This document shows, one piece after another, positions 36,550 to 46,595 of a stretch of DNA of 64,000 bases. Positions within the stretch are counted from its first letter, which is position 1. Every line of letters starts with the position of its first letter. Origin of the DNA: a virus. Lineage: Duplodnaviria > Caudoviricetes. The notes under the pieces are model-generated. The model saw nothing but the letters and a program-made list of their open reading frames with translations, did not search any database and was not told the origin of the DNA. The stretch lies in the IMG/VR virus record IMGVR_UViG_3300020434_000055, one strand, 5' to 3'. A program made the position numbers and the translations under genes.

Positions 36550-39500
36550 ATGGCAGATAGAATACCACTTATAGTAGATACATCGGACGGTAATAAAATA
36601 AAAGAATTACCAGTAGGTGATAATTTAGATTTATCTAATTCATCATTAGTTAATGTTACATCTGTAACAGCTACTAGTGTAAATGTAGGCGGAAATCTTT
36701 TTACTGGATCATATGCAGATCTTACAAACACTCCTACAATTCCAACAGATATTAGTGACTTAACAGATACTCAAAGTTTGCTTGGTGCAGGAGGTGGTGG
36801 TACAACTATTATATCAGGCGGTGGTGCTGGACGATGGATGTTAACTGCTGATGACAGTACTCAAGTTGATATATTATCAGACAATACAGTAAAAATTGCA
36901 GGAGCAGGTAATATTACTACTGCTACATCTGATGTATCAGGTACTACTGTTCTTACTGTAACTGGAACAGAATCAATAAGATGGGATTCCGGTTCAGGTT
37001 TATTTGAATTATTCACCGGTGTTGATTGGATCCCAATTATAGATACTACATATACATTTGAAGCAGGTGATGGTGATGACGCAACTGCTAAAAAAATTCG
37101 ATTAACAGGTACTGGTCAATCTACTCAAGACGTAACAGTTAGAGAAGGAACAGGCGTTACTATAACTAGAACAAGCAACGAATTAACATTTACAGCTACA
37201 GACACAGATACAACTTATTCTATATCGGCGGCTGAGGATGGTAATACAAATGCTGTACTAAGATTAACAGCTTCTAGTCTTTTAACAGATGACGTTATAT
37301 TTGCTCCAGGTTCAGGTATTGGTATTGCTAAAACAGATGATAACACATTAACTATTTCAAATACTGCGGCGGGAGCCAATGCTTTTGGAACTGTTACTGT
37401 TGGAGTGACTGATATTGTAGCAGATACTACTAATGATACTTTAACCATTGTAGGAGGAGCTAATATTGATGTAACAGGAGATGCAGGAACTGATACTATT
37501 ACAATTGCTAATACTCATGCTGATCAAAATCTTTTTAATCAAGTAGCAGGAGATACAGGAAGTAGAATAGCTCAAACTACTACAGAAACTTTAACAATAG
37601 CCGGTGGCACAAATGTTACAACAACTGTTGCAGGTTCTACTGTAACTATTGACGCAACAGGTGGCGGCGGTTCACAAAATGTATTTGGAGTAATTGCAGT
37701 TAGTGGTCAAAGTAATGTAGTAGCAGATTCTACAACAGATACTTTAACTCTTGTTGCTGGTACAGGAATAACACTTACAACTAATCCTACGAATGATAGT
37801 ATAACTGTTACAAATAGTTCTACGGGATCATCACAAAATTTATTCCAAACAGTTGCAGTTTCCGGACAAAATAATATTGTCGCAGATTCGGCTACTGACA
37901 CTTTAACTTTTGTAGGAGGTGCAGGAATAACACTTACAACTAATAGTACAACTGACGCTGTAACTATTGTTAATGCAGATCCAAATGTAGATCAAAATAT
38001 ATTCCAATCAATTGCGGTTAGTGGTCAAGGTAATGTTGTAGCAGATTCTACAACAGATACATTAACTTTCGTTGCTGGCAGTAATATGACAATTACTACT
38101 GATGTAGCAACTGATACTGTTACATTTGCTTCAAGTGGTGGAGGTGGATCTCAAAACGTATTTGATAAAATTGCTGTTAGTGGAGAAACAGATGTTGTAG
38201 CAGATTCTACAACAGATACATTAACTTTCGTTGCTGGTGCAGGTATAGGAATTACAACTACTCCTGGTACTGATAGCGTAACTATCTCTGCCTCAGGTGG
38301 AGCAGGATCACAAAGTTTATTTGAAACAATTGCAGTTAGTGGTCAAAGTGATGTTGTAGCAGATACAACAACTGACACATTAACTTTTGTTGCAGGTACT
38401 AATATGACAATTACCACTGATGCTGGAACTGATACTGTTACATTTGATTCAAGTGGTGGTGGAGGTTCACAAGATTTATTCAAAACAATTACAGTTGCAG
38501 GACAAGATGATGTTGTCGCAGATTCAACTGCTGATGTTTTAACTTTTGTTGCTGGTACAGACATATCAATAACAACTAATCAGGCGGCTGATAGTATTAC
38601 AATTAATTCTACTGGTAGTGGTGGTGAAGATAATGAATTTTCATTTAAAACAATTGAAGTTTCAGGACAAAGTGATGTTGTAGCAGATACAACAACTGAT
38701 ACATTAACATTTATTGAAGGTAGTAATATGACAATTACTACTAGTGGTGATTCAATTACATTTGCATCAACAGGCGGCGGTGGCTCACAAAATTTATGGG
38801 CAACTGTGGCAGGAGACACAGGTAGTACAACAGCTAACACTACTACAGATACTTTAGGAATAGTAGGTGGAACAGATATTAGTACTTCTATTGTAGCAGA
38901 TCTTTTAACAATTAATTACACAGGCGGAGCTAGTGCTCAAAATTTATTCAGTACAATTGCTATAGCAGGACAAAATTCAATAGTAGCTGATGCTCCTACT
39001 GACACTTTAACTTTAGCATCAGGGGCAGGTATAGTATTAGTAACTACTGCCGCTACAGATACTCTAACTATTGCAAATTCGGCACCAAATATAGTTCAAG
39101 ATGTATTCTCCGAAATTGCAGTTTCAGGACAATCAAGTCTTTTCGCAGATTCATCTGCAGATACGTTAAATGTGGCGGAAGGTGCAGGAATAGAAGTAAC
39201 AACAAGTGCTGGTACCGACACTTTAACAATTACAAATACTGCTCCTAATGTAGTTCAAAGTCTATGGTCACAAATAAGTTCAGATTCAGGTAGCACAACA
39301 GCTAATACTTCTACAGACGCTTTAGCAATACTAGGTGGAACAGATATTAGTACTTCTGTATCCGGTGACACCTTAACTATTGCTTACACAGGGTCTAGTG
39401 GTTCTAATCAAAATTTATGGTATACTATAGATTCAGATTCAGGTTCTACAACAGCAAATTCAACAACAGATACATTATCAATTGCCGGTGGTACAAGTAT

Positions 39501-40101
39501 TGGAACATCTGTATCAGGAGATACTTTAACTATTACAAATCAGGCTCCAAATGTAGATCAAAATTTATTCAATACAATTGCAGTCTCAGGACAAAGTGAT
39601 GTTATTGCAGATACAACAACTGATACATTAACTTTTGTTGCTGGTTCAAATATAACAATTACCACAGATGCCGGTACTGATAGTATTACTATTAATTCTA
39701 CTGGTGGAGGTGGATCAGGAACTCCAGGTGGTTCTACAACAGAAGTTCAATATAATGACGGTGGATCGTTTGCTGGTGATTCTGATTTAACATGGAACTC
39801 AGGCACTAATACATTATCAGCTAAAAATATTATTGCTGAAACTGTAGAAACAGAAACTATTGAAGCTCCTTCCAATTTAGTAGGAACTTATACAATTTCA
39901 TCACCAACAACTATCACATTAGATCCGGTTAGTGAAGTTATACTTGATGCTCCAATAAAATTACTTGGAAAAACAGCGGCTCAATTAGCAACCTTCACTG
40001 CAAGTGCTGGAACAATAGTTGCTGTATCAGATAATAGTTATAAACCAGCATACTACGATGGTTCAAATTGGAAATATGTTGCAACTGATGGAGGTGTATA
40101 A
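36550..40101 (+). CDS. Long repetitive tail-fibre/adhesin-like protein
   Basis: Thr/Gly/Asp-rich with 15 tandem ~50-aa units; ends with GGTTEVQYNDGGSFAGD-type fibre motif. Confidence 0.8.
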   Translation: MADRIPLIVDTSDGNKIKELPVGDNLDLSNSSLVNVTSVTATSVNVGGNLFTGSYADLTNTPTIPTDISDLTDTQSLLGAGGGGTTIISGGGAGRWMLTADDSTQVDILSDNTVKIAGAGNITTATSDVSGTTVLTVTGTESIRWDSGSGLFELFTGVDWIPIIDTTYTFEAGDGDDATAKKIRLTGTGQSTQDVTVREGTGVTITRTSNELTFTATDTDTTYSISAAEDGNTNAVLRLTASSLLTDDVIFAPGSGIGIAKTDDNTLTISNTAAGANAFGTVTVGVTDIVADTTNDTLTIVGGANIDVTGDAGTDTITIANTHADQNLFNQVAGDTGSRIAQTTTETLTIAGGTNVTTTVAGSTVTIDATGGGGSQNVFGVIAVSGQSNVVADSTTDTLTLVAGTGITLTTNPTNDSITVTNSSTGSSQNLFQTVAVSGQNNIVADSATDTLTFVGGAGITLTTNSTTDAVTIVNADPNVDQNIFQSIAVSGQGNVVADSTTDTLTFVAGSNMTITTDVATDTVTFASSGGGGSQNVFDKIAVSGETDVVADSTTDTLTFVAGAGIGITTTPGTDSVTISASGGAGSQSLFETIAVSGQSDVVADTTTDTLTFVAGTNMTITTDAGTDTVTFDSSGGGGSQDLFKTITVAGQDDVVADSTADVLTFVAGTDISITTNQAADSITINSTGSGGEDNEFSFKTIEVSGQSDVVADTTTDTLTFIEGSNMTITTSGDSITFASTGGGGSQNLWATVAGDTGSTTANTTTDTLGIVGGTDISTSIVADLLTINYTGGASAQNLFSTIAIAGQNSIVADAPTDTLTLASGAGIVLVTTAATDTLTIANSAPNIVQDVFSEIAVSGQSSLFADSSADTLNVAEGAGIEVTTSAGTDTLTITNTAPNVVQSLWSQISSDSGSTTANTSTDALAILGGTDISTSVSGDTLTIAYTGSSGSNQNLWYTIDSDSGSTTANSTTDTLSIAGGTSIGTSVSGDTLTITNQAPNVDQNLFNTIAVSGQSDVIADTTTDTLTFVAGSNITITTDAGTDSITINSTGGGGSGTPGGSTTEVQYNDGGSFAGDSDLTWNSGTNTLSAKNIIAETVETETIEAPSNLVGTYTISSPTTITLDPVSEVILDAPIKLLGKTAAQLATFTASAGTIVAVSDNSYKPAYYDGSNWKYVATDGGV
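37375..39720 (+). repeat. 15 imperfect tandem ~150-160 bp coding repeats
   Basis: Unit consensus QNLFxTIAVSGQSDVVADSTTDTLTFVAGxNITITTDAGTDSITI; DNA motif GCAGTTAGTGGTCAAAGT...GTAGCAGAT.C.ACAAC.GA.AC.TTAAC recurs. Confidence 0.9.
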
Positions 40102-41870
40102 TGTCAATGCCCGATCCAGGTGCTCCACCTAAACAAACTCATAAAGAGTTGCTAGAGAAAAATAAAGAGTTCTTCGCAGAACTACATGAAAAAGATCCAG
40201 ATGATAAATTTGAAACTATTGTTACAGTAAAAAAAGGTATTAACTGGGAAGTACTTCATAATGAACTTACTAGAGATACTACTGCCGATCCAAGTGTAGA
40301 TTCAAATATCATACCAGATAGAACTGTTGATGTTATTAAGTTAAAATCTACTAATAAAAGAAATACTCATTATAATTTAAGTCCTAACGAAGCAAAAAAA
40401 TTAAAAAATGATCCAAGAATCGAAGCCATTGAAGCACCGTTAGATCCAAGGTTTATAATACAACGAAAATATCATGACGGAGGATTTGAAAAAAGTTCAA
40501 GTCATAATAGCAATTATAGAAGAGATAATTGGGGATTATTAAGACATTGTTCTAAAACTAATAATTATGGATCAAGTACTTCAGATCCTGGTGGTTCATA
40601 TGATTATGTTTTAGATGGTACAGGTGTTGATGTTGTGGCTCAAGATTCTGGAGTTGTAATGGGACATCCTGAATGGGAAGATTCAAATGGAGTTAGTAGA
40701 TATGATATGCATGATTGGTATTCGGTATCTGGAATATCTGGAACTCAAGCTAGTAACTTTTATTCATTAACCGATGGTTCTCATGGATCTCATGTTATGG
40801 GAACAATTGCAGGTAAAAACTTTGGTTGGGCAAAAAATTCTAAAATTTACAGTATGAGAATGTTTGGATCTGGTTCTATTGGCGGTTATGATGGTATGGA
40901 CATAATGAGAGGTTGGCATAATAATAAAAATGATCCAAATCATGCTCTATGGACAGGTACACATAGACCAACTGTAGTTAATATGAGTTGGGGGTCTTCT
41001 TACACCTTTTTTGGTGTAGGTGATGACGGGCCCAGTGTTTTTGGTTTCCCAATAACCAGTGGAAATTATCGTGGAAATTCTTATTCTATTAGTAGCAACA
41101 GTGATATGAGAAATAAAGGTTTAAGTTTTTATGGTTATGTTGATTCAATGGATTGGGCCAATGCAGGTATTAATTCTGTCGCTCGAAATGCCGAGGTCGA
41201 GCAAATGATTGATGATGGTATTATTGTATGTATTGCTTCAGGGAATGACGGTCAAAAATGGGATCTTCCTAGTGGAGCAGATTGGGACAATTACGTTACT
41301 TTAGGAGCAAATAGTTATGGCTATCGTCCTGATGATTATTCTCCCTCTATTTGGGATAACCCTTTTTCTGGAAATAAGTATTATTATAATAGAGGAGGCA
41401 GTCCTAATCCGAATTTTAATAGGGCAGGTCAGGCTTTTGTAGTTGGGTCAATTAATTACAATACTTATAGTTCTACTAGGGATAGAAAAAGTCCTTTTAG
41501 TTCTCAAGGTCCGGGAGTTAATATTTGGACGGCAGGTGAAAGGATTATAAGTTGTTCTGACGGCAGTGCAGGCGGACCATACTACCATGATACCAATTAT
41601 TGGCAAGAGAGAATGCAAGGAACATCTATGGCTAGTCCTCAGGCGGCAGGAATGGCGGCTTTAATATTCCAATTGCACCCCGATTGGACACCTAAACAAG
41701 TTGTAAGTTTTATGATTCAAAATGCTATTCAAAGTAACCTTTATTCTTCAAAAGCTAATGGTGGACTAGAAGATGATTATACTAATCATTGGTCTCTATT
41801 TGGTAGTGAAGGTAATGTTGCTTATATACCAATGGCTAATCGTAAACCTTGGAATTGGAGTTCAACTTAA
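40101..41870 (+). CDS. Subtilisin-like serine peptidase (S8)
   Basis: Catalytic triad motifs GVDVVAQDSG, HGSHVMGTIAG, GTSMASPQAAG; oxyanion ASGND; N-terminal propeptide-like region. Confidence 0.9.
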   Translation: MSMPDPGAPPKQTHKELLEKNKEFFAELHEKDPDDKFETIVTVKKGINWEVLHNELTRDTTADPSVDSNIIPDRTVDVIKLKSTNKRNTHYNLSPNEAKKLKNDPRIEAIEAPLDPRFIIQRKYHDGGFEKSSSHNSNYRRDNWGLLRHCSKTNNYGSSTSDPGGSYDYVLDGTGVDVVAQDSGVVMGHPEWEDSNGVSRYDMHDWYSVSGISGTQASNFYSLTDGSHGSHVMGTIAGKNFGWAKNSKIYSMRMFGSGSIGGYDGMDIMRGWHNNKNDPNHALWTGTHRPTVVNMSWGSSYTFFGVGDDGPSVFGFPITSGNYRGNSYSISSNSDMRNKGLSFYGYVDSMDWANAGINSVARNAEVEQMIDDGIIVCIASGNDGQKWDLPSGADWDNYVTLGANSYGYRPDDYSPSIWDNPFSGNKYYYNRGGSPNPNFNRAGQAFVVGSINYNTYSSTRDRKSPFSSQGPGVNIWTAGERIISCSDGSAGGPYYHDTNYWQERMQGTSMASPQAAGMAALIFQLHPDWTPKQVVSFMIQNAIQSNLYSSKANGGLEDDYTNHWSLFGSEGNVAYIPMANRKPWNWSST

Positions 41871-41898
41871 ATCTGATAAATATGAGTAGGAGATAAAA

Positions 41899-42582
41899 AT
41901 GGCAGTTAGTAGTGTTAATATAGGTAATATAGCAAACGACGGTACAGGAGATGATTTAAGAGAAGCGTTTATTAAAGTTAATAATAATTTCGCTGACTTA
42001 GAGGCTAGAAATCCTGAACAAACTACTGCCTCTAATTTATTACCCGACGATGCTAACACTAAAGGTTTATTTTCTACAGTAACAGATTTTGATTTAAAAT
42101 TTAAAAGTCTTAAAGCAGGTACTAACGTTAGTTTTAGTTCTGATGCTAATCAAATTACTATAACTTCTTCAGGTATTGTCAGTATTCAAGTTACTACTGA
42201 TGCAGGTAGTCTTACTCCAATAGGTAGTACAGGGTTAGCTAGGTTTCTTGGTGCTGGTGGTGTTCTCACAACTGGTGGAGGAACTGACGTAACTATAGAT
42301 TCAAGATTATCTAGAGAATCATCTCCATCTTTAGGAGGTACTCTAGACGCGGCGGCAAATAATATTAATAATGTAGGTACATTAACAGTTCAAAACGTAG
42401 ATGGACTTGTAAAAGGTATAGATGTTGGTAATATTGATTCTGTTGTAGGCTTTGATATGGGTGGAATTGTTCCTACTGCTGTTAGTAACCTAATGCAATG
42501 GTTTGAAAGTTTAAAACCACTTGATATGGGTACTCCAGCTTCTCCAAACGCAACAAACATAGATTTAGGCACTTTAGCATAA
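41899..42582 (+). CDS. Baseplate/fibre structural protein
   Basis: VNIGNIANDGTGDDLREAFIKVNNNF gp9/10-type N-terminus; SPSLGGTLD motif. Confidence 0.75.
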   Translation: MAVSSVNIGNIANDGTGDDLREAFIKVNNNFADLEARNPEQTTASNLLPDDANTKGLFSTVTDFDLKFKSLKAGTNVSFSSDANQITITSSGIVSIQVTTDAGSLTPIGSTGLARFLGAGGVLTTGGGTDVTIDSRLSRESSPSLGGTLDAAANNINNVGTLTVQNVDGLVKGIDVGNIDSVVGFDMGGIVPTAVSNLMQWFESLKPLDMGTPASPNATNIDLGTLA

Positions 42583-42620
42583 TTGTTCTTACGATAAATA
42601 TTAAAAAAGGACAATAATTC

Positions 42621-44387
42621 ATGAGTACATTATGGAGTGTTAGAACCGGTCATAATTTAGGAACCTATCAAGAAAAGGTTCCGACTACCATCAATCTACC
42701 AACAGTTGGCACTATTGTTACTGAATTATTAGCAGGAACATTACCGGCAGGAACAAGATTAGAAAATAATACAATTACAGGTACATTTTTTGAAGTACCA
42801 AGAGATACAGAATATAAATTTGTTATAAGAGGAACAAAACTAATAATTAATAATCCAAGTGAAACAGAAGATAGAACTTTTACTGTTAATGTCCAAGGAC
42901 CAGATGTTCCATTATGGATTACCCCTGAAGGATCTTTACCTATTGGAGCAAATGCCCAATTATTCATACTAGACAGTTCTTATGTAGATTTTCAATTACA
43001 AACTATTGATTCAGATTTAAGTACAGGTAGTACTTTAAAATATTACATTCCTAACGATGGAGGTGAGTTACCCCCAGGAATTACATTAAGCGAAGATGGA
43101 AAATTAAGTGGAATAGTAGATCCTATATTAGCATTAGACATTAATTCAAGTACAGGATTTTATGATTCAAATAATTATTCAGTTTATCCATTTGACTTTG
43201 GTAACATAGGCGCCTATCCGGCTAGTAGTTATTATTTTGACGTTGAACAAAATTATGCATTCTTTAATCAAAATAATAAAATAAAATCTCCTAGAAAACT
43301 TAATAGATATTATGAATTTAAAGTAAATGTAACCGATGGTGATACTATTACAACTAGATTATTTCAAATATTTGTTATTGGTGATGATTTCCTAAGAGCA
43401 GATAATACTATTATGCAAGTTGGCTCTGGAATTTTTACTTCAGATGGAACATATTTAAGAGAACCAAGATGGTTAACTCCTCGTGATATAGGTTATAAGA
43501 GAGCAAATAATTATGTAACTATTTTTCTTGATTTATATGATCCTAATACATTACCAGGAACAATATCTTATATATTAGAACATAAAAATGATGATGATAC
43601 TGATAGCAAATTACCTGAAGGTATGACCTTAGATGTTAAAACAGGAGAAATAGCTGGTCGAGTACCTTACCAACCTACAGTTACAAAAGAATATAAATTT
43701 ACTGTAACTGCATTAAGATATGACTTACAGTCAGAATTAGTTGCTGTTCCAATAAATCCATATGAAGATCAACTACGAGGTTCAGGAGATTTAAAAATAG
43801 CAAAATTACCATTAGGAACTGCTGATGGTATAAAAGATTTAGAATCATTAAAAACTCAAACAATAATGATTAATGGTAATGAATTTGTAGTTCAAGGAGT
43901 TAATGGTGAAAATGAAAAATATGATACATTATCTCTTGATAAAAGTTTAATTGGAGAAGAACTTCACGTTTATACAGGGATAGTGTATGATCCAGCGACT
44001 TACTTAACCAACCCTACAGAAATTACTAGAGCTAACAATGAAATTTTTGTTTATAATAGAGTAGACAAAGACAAGTACATTGGTAGAACATTAAAATTTA
44101 GCGATTCAGAAAAATATGAAATTGAAAGCATTGAAACGGTATTAGCTGAAGGGAAACCAGCAGATCAAAATATTGCAAACGCAACTGCAATGGAAAAATT
44201 AGTTCTTAATACAAGTATTACTAGAAGTTTTGTAAACAATGAAAATATTAGTATTGGGGCATTCAAAGGAAAAACTACATTTAAACAATTTGTTGTAGGA
44301 TCCACAGATACACAACCTCAAGCAACTAAAACATTTACAGTTAACATATTAGGAGAAATTGACAGTACTATATCATGGGTGACGTAA
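42621..44387 (+). CDS. Putative Ig-domain baseplate protein, N-terminal part (frameshifted at 44379-44387)
   Basis: Repeated Ig-like units (GELPPGITLSEDGKLSG; LPEGMTLDVKTGEIAG...KEYKFTVTA). Confidence 0.7.
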   Translation: MSTLWSVRTGHNLGTYQEKVPTTINLPTVGTIVTELLAGTLPAGTRLENNTITGTFFEVPRDTEYKFVIRGTKLIINNPSETEDRTFTVNVQGPDVPLWITPEGSLPIGANAQLFILDSSYVDFQLQTIDSDLSTGSTLKYYIPNDGGELPPGITLSEDGKLSGIVDPILALDINSSTGFYDSNNYSVYPFDFGNIGAYPASSYYFDVEQNYAFFNQNNKIKSPRKLNRYYEFKVNVTDGDTITTRLFQIFVIGDDFLRADNTIMQVGSGIFTSDGTYLREPRWLTPRDIGYKRANNYVTIFLDLYDPNTLPGTISYILEHKNDDDTDSKLPEGMTLDVKTGEIAGRVPYQPTVTKEYKFTVTALRYDLQSELVAVPINPYEDQLRGSGDLKIAKLPLGTADGIKDLESLKTQTIMINGNEFVVQGVNGENEKYDTLSLDKSLIGEELHVYTGIVYDPATYLTNPTEITRANNEIFVYNRVDKDKYIGRTLKFSDSEKYEIESIETVLAEGKPADQNIANATAMEKLVLNTSITRSFVNNENISIGAFKGKTTFKQFVVGSTDTQPQATKTFTVNILGEIDSTISWVT

Positions 44388-45745
44388 CCGCAACAAATCT
44401 TGGAAGTATTAAAGCAAATTACATTAGTACTTTTAAAGTAGAAGCTACAAGTACAGTGCCAGACGCTAAAATGAAATACTTTTTAACGTCGGGTGAATTG
44501 CCGCCTGGACTTGTTTTATCTATTAATGGTGAAATAATAGGTACTGTAAGACAATTTTCTTCAGGAAATTCAGGTGGGTTAACATTCTTTGAAGATAATT
44601 TAACTTTTGATGGTGATACTACGTCTATTGATAGAGTATTCACATTTACTATAACCGCTAGAGATAGATATGGGTTTAGTGCTGTACCTAAAACTTTTTC
44701 AATATCTGTTATAGTCGAAGGAAGCACTTTATACAGTAATTTATATGTTCAACCTTCACTTCAGTCAACACAACGAGATGCATTTAAATCATTTATTTCA
44801 GATCCTAATATATTTAATCCTGCATCTGTTTATAGAGAAACTGATTCTACATTTGGAGTACAAAAAAAATTAAGAATGTTAATATATGCAGGAATAGAAA
44901 GAAAAACAATTGATCATTATGTTTCTGCAACTGCTTCTAATCATAAAAGAAAAAAATATAGACTAGGTGAAATAAAAACTGCTGTAGCCAAATATCCTGG
45001 TACGCATGATATAGCCTATGAAGTAGTATATATAAATGTTATAGATCCAATGGATGACGGCTCAGGCAAAGTTCCAAAAACTGTTTTAACTCCAGAGGGA
45101 CAAAAACTTTTAATAAATCATACTCAAATTGAAGTAAATGATGATTCTACAAAACTAAATGTAGGAGGTTCTTCATATACAATATTCCTTCAAAATAATG
45201 AAGCAATATCAACCCAAGCTATTGGGGAAGATTTACAAATTTATGCAAGAGCTGGTCGACTTTTCTTAGATGTAATTAATGGTACCCTTTCAGTTACATT
45301 AGTTGATGGTAGTACTGTACTAGATGTAGGAACTGTATCTATTAATAATGCAGATCCTTTTAGATTCAGACCAAAAAATGGCGTAATAAAAGTGGATACA
45401 AATCTAATAAAAACAAATACACTTCACAACAACTTAAAATACCTTAGTAATACGTCTAATATGAGAAATACTATTAAAGGGATAGGAACTACAGCATCAG
45501 AATTTTTACCTCTTTGGATGAGAACTGCTCAAGAAGGTACAATTCAACAACTAGGGTATATAACAGCTATTCCACTATGTTATTGTAAGACAGGTACTAG
45601 TCAAACCATAGCATCTGCTGTTAAAAATAGTAGTTTCGATTTTAGTCAATTAAACTTTGAAATAGATAGATACATAGTAGATAATACTACAGGAAATGAC
45701 ACAGAACAATACGTACTCTTTCCTGATTATGACTATAACATATAA
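44375..45745 (+). CDS. Putative Ig-domain baseplate protein, C-terminal part
   Basis: SGELPPGLVLSINGEIIG...FTFTITARD; ends LPLWMRTAQ...LGYITAIPLCYCK...FEIDRYIVD...YVLFP. Confidence 0.7.
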   Translation: MGDVTATNLGSIKANYISTFKVEATSTVPDAKMKYFLTSGELPPGLVLSINGEIIGTVRQFSSGNSGGLTFFEDNLTFDGDTTSIDRVFTFTITARDRYGFSAVPKTFSISVIVEGSTLYSNLYVQPSLQSTQRDAFKSFISDPNIFNPASVYRETDSTFGVQKKLRMLIYAGIERKTIDHYVSATASNHKRKKYRLGEIKTAVAKYPGTHDIAYEVVYINVIDPMDDGSGKVPKTVLTPEGQKLLINHTQIEVNDDSTKLNVGGSSYTIFLQNNEAISTQAIGEDLQIYARAGRLFLDVINGTLSVTLVDGSTVLDVGTVSINNADPFRFRPKNGVIKVDTNLIKTNTLHNNLKYLSNTSNMRNTIKGIGTTASEFLPLWMRTAQEGTIQQLGYITAIPLCYCKTGTSQTIASAVKNSSFDFSQLNFEIDRYIVDNTTGNDTEQYVLFPDYDYNI

Positions 45746-45770
45746 GATAAATAATATTAGGATATAAAAT

Positions 45771-46328
45771 ATGGCAAGTAATATAGACACAACTAGCATA
45801 GATGCAACATTTCCAGTAGCTGGACAAGACAATAACAGCCAAGGATTTAGAGACAATTTCAACGTTTCTAAGAACAATTTCACGGCGGCTAAATCAGAAA
45901 TTGAAACTTTACAAACTAATACTGCAAAATTAAATGCATCAAACAACTTTGCAGGTAATGAAGTTAGTGGTGCTACATTTAAAGGCAATTATACAAAACA
46001 TTTTGATGGTGGTAGTGTATCTGCCGGACAAAATGTAAGTATGTCTAGTGGTAATTTTCAAACTTTTTCAATTAGTGCCGATCTTACATTAACATTAGCA
46101 GATTGGTCTACTCAAGAAGATGTTTCACAAAGTTTAATAGTTCAAGTAGTAAGTGATGGTTCATCTCGTGCATTAACATGGGCCGCTGATGGTGGAAGTA
46201 TAAAAGGTGAAACAAATTTTACCTCTACAACAGCTATTACTAGTGCAGGAGATCCTTTTATCTTTGAATTCTGGACATATGATAATGGTACAACTGTATT
46301 TGCTAGAAATCTTGGCGAATTTAGTTAA
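45771..46328 (+). CDS. Conserved structural protein
   Basis: MASNIDTTSIDATFPVAGQDNNSQGFRDNF...AKSEIETLQ; late promoter at 45746. Confidence 0.7.
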   Translation: MASNIDTTSIDATFPVAGQDNNSQGFRDNFNVSKNNFTAAKSEIETLQTNTAKLNASNNFAGNEVSGATFKGNYTKHFDGGSVSAGQNVSMSSGNFQTFSISADLTLTLADWSTQEDVSQSLIVQVVSDGSSRALTWAADGGSIKGETNFTSTTAITSAGDPFIFEFWTYDNGTTVFARNLGEFS

Positions 46329-46340
46329 TATGAATAATTT

Positions 46341-46586
46341 ATGCCAGATAATAACATCCATCCATTAAACAACGACTTATCAAAACTTTCTATAGCACAA
46401 ATAGAACAAAAATTAAGTGAATTAAGAACAAAATATTTTAGAGCTAAAAATCCTCAACTTCGACAACAATTAAATTTCTTTATAATAGATTTTAATGAAG
46501 AATTAAAGACTAGAGTAGCCAAAGAACAAGCAAAATTGGCTAAGGAGTCTGGAAAAGATCTTGACAATCTCATCAATATAGATTAA
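46341..46586 (+). CDS. Hypothetical coiled-coil protein
   Basis: HPLNNDLSKLSIAQIEQKLSELRTKYF...DLDNLINID. Confidence 0.6.
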   Translation: MPDNNIHPLNNDLSKLSIAQIEQKLSELRTKYFRAKNPQLRQQLNFFIIDFNEELKTRVAKEQAKLAKESGKDLDNLINID

Positions 46587-46589
46587 AAT
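46561..46589 (+). promoter_or_regulatory. Sigma70-type promoter of dnaE-like fragment
   Basis: TTGACA-17 bp-TAAAAT. Confidence 0.75.
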
Positions 46590-46595
46590 ATATAA

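Noticed and set aside
39417-39599. Alternative-frame plus-strand ORF in the repeat fibre
   Set aside because: Frame shadow of Thr/Ser codon repeats; no independent start signals.
37375-39720. Possible CRISPR array or DGR template in regularly spaced DNA repeats
   Set aside because: Repeats are degenerate at synonymous positions and lie in one open frame. There are no unique spacers between identical repeats, no cas or reverse transcriptase gene, and no adenine-specific mismatch pattern.
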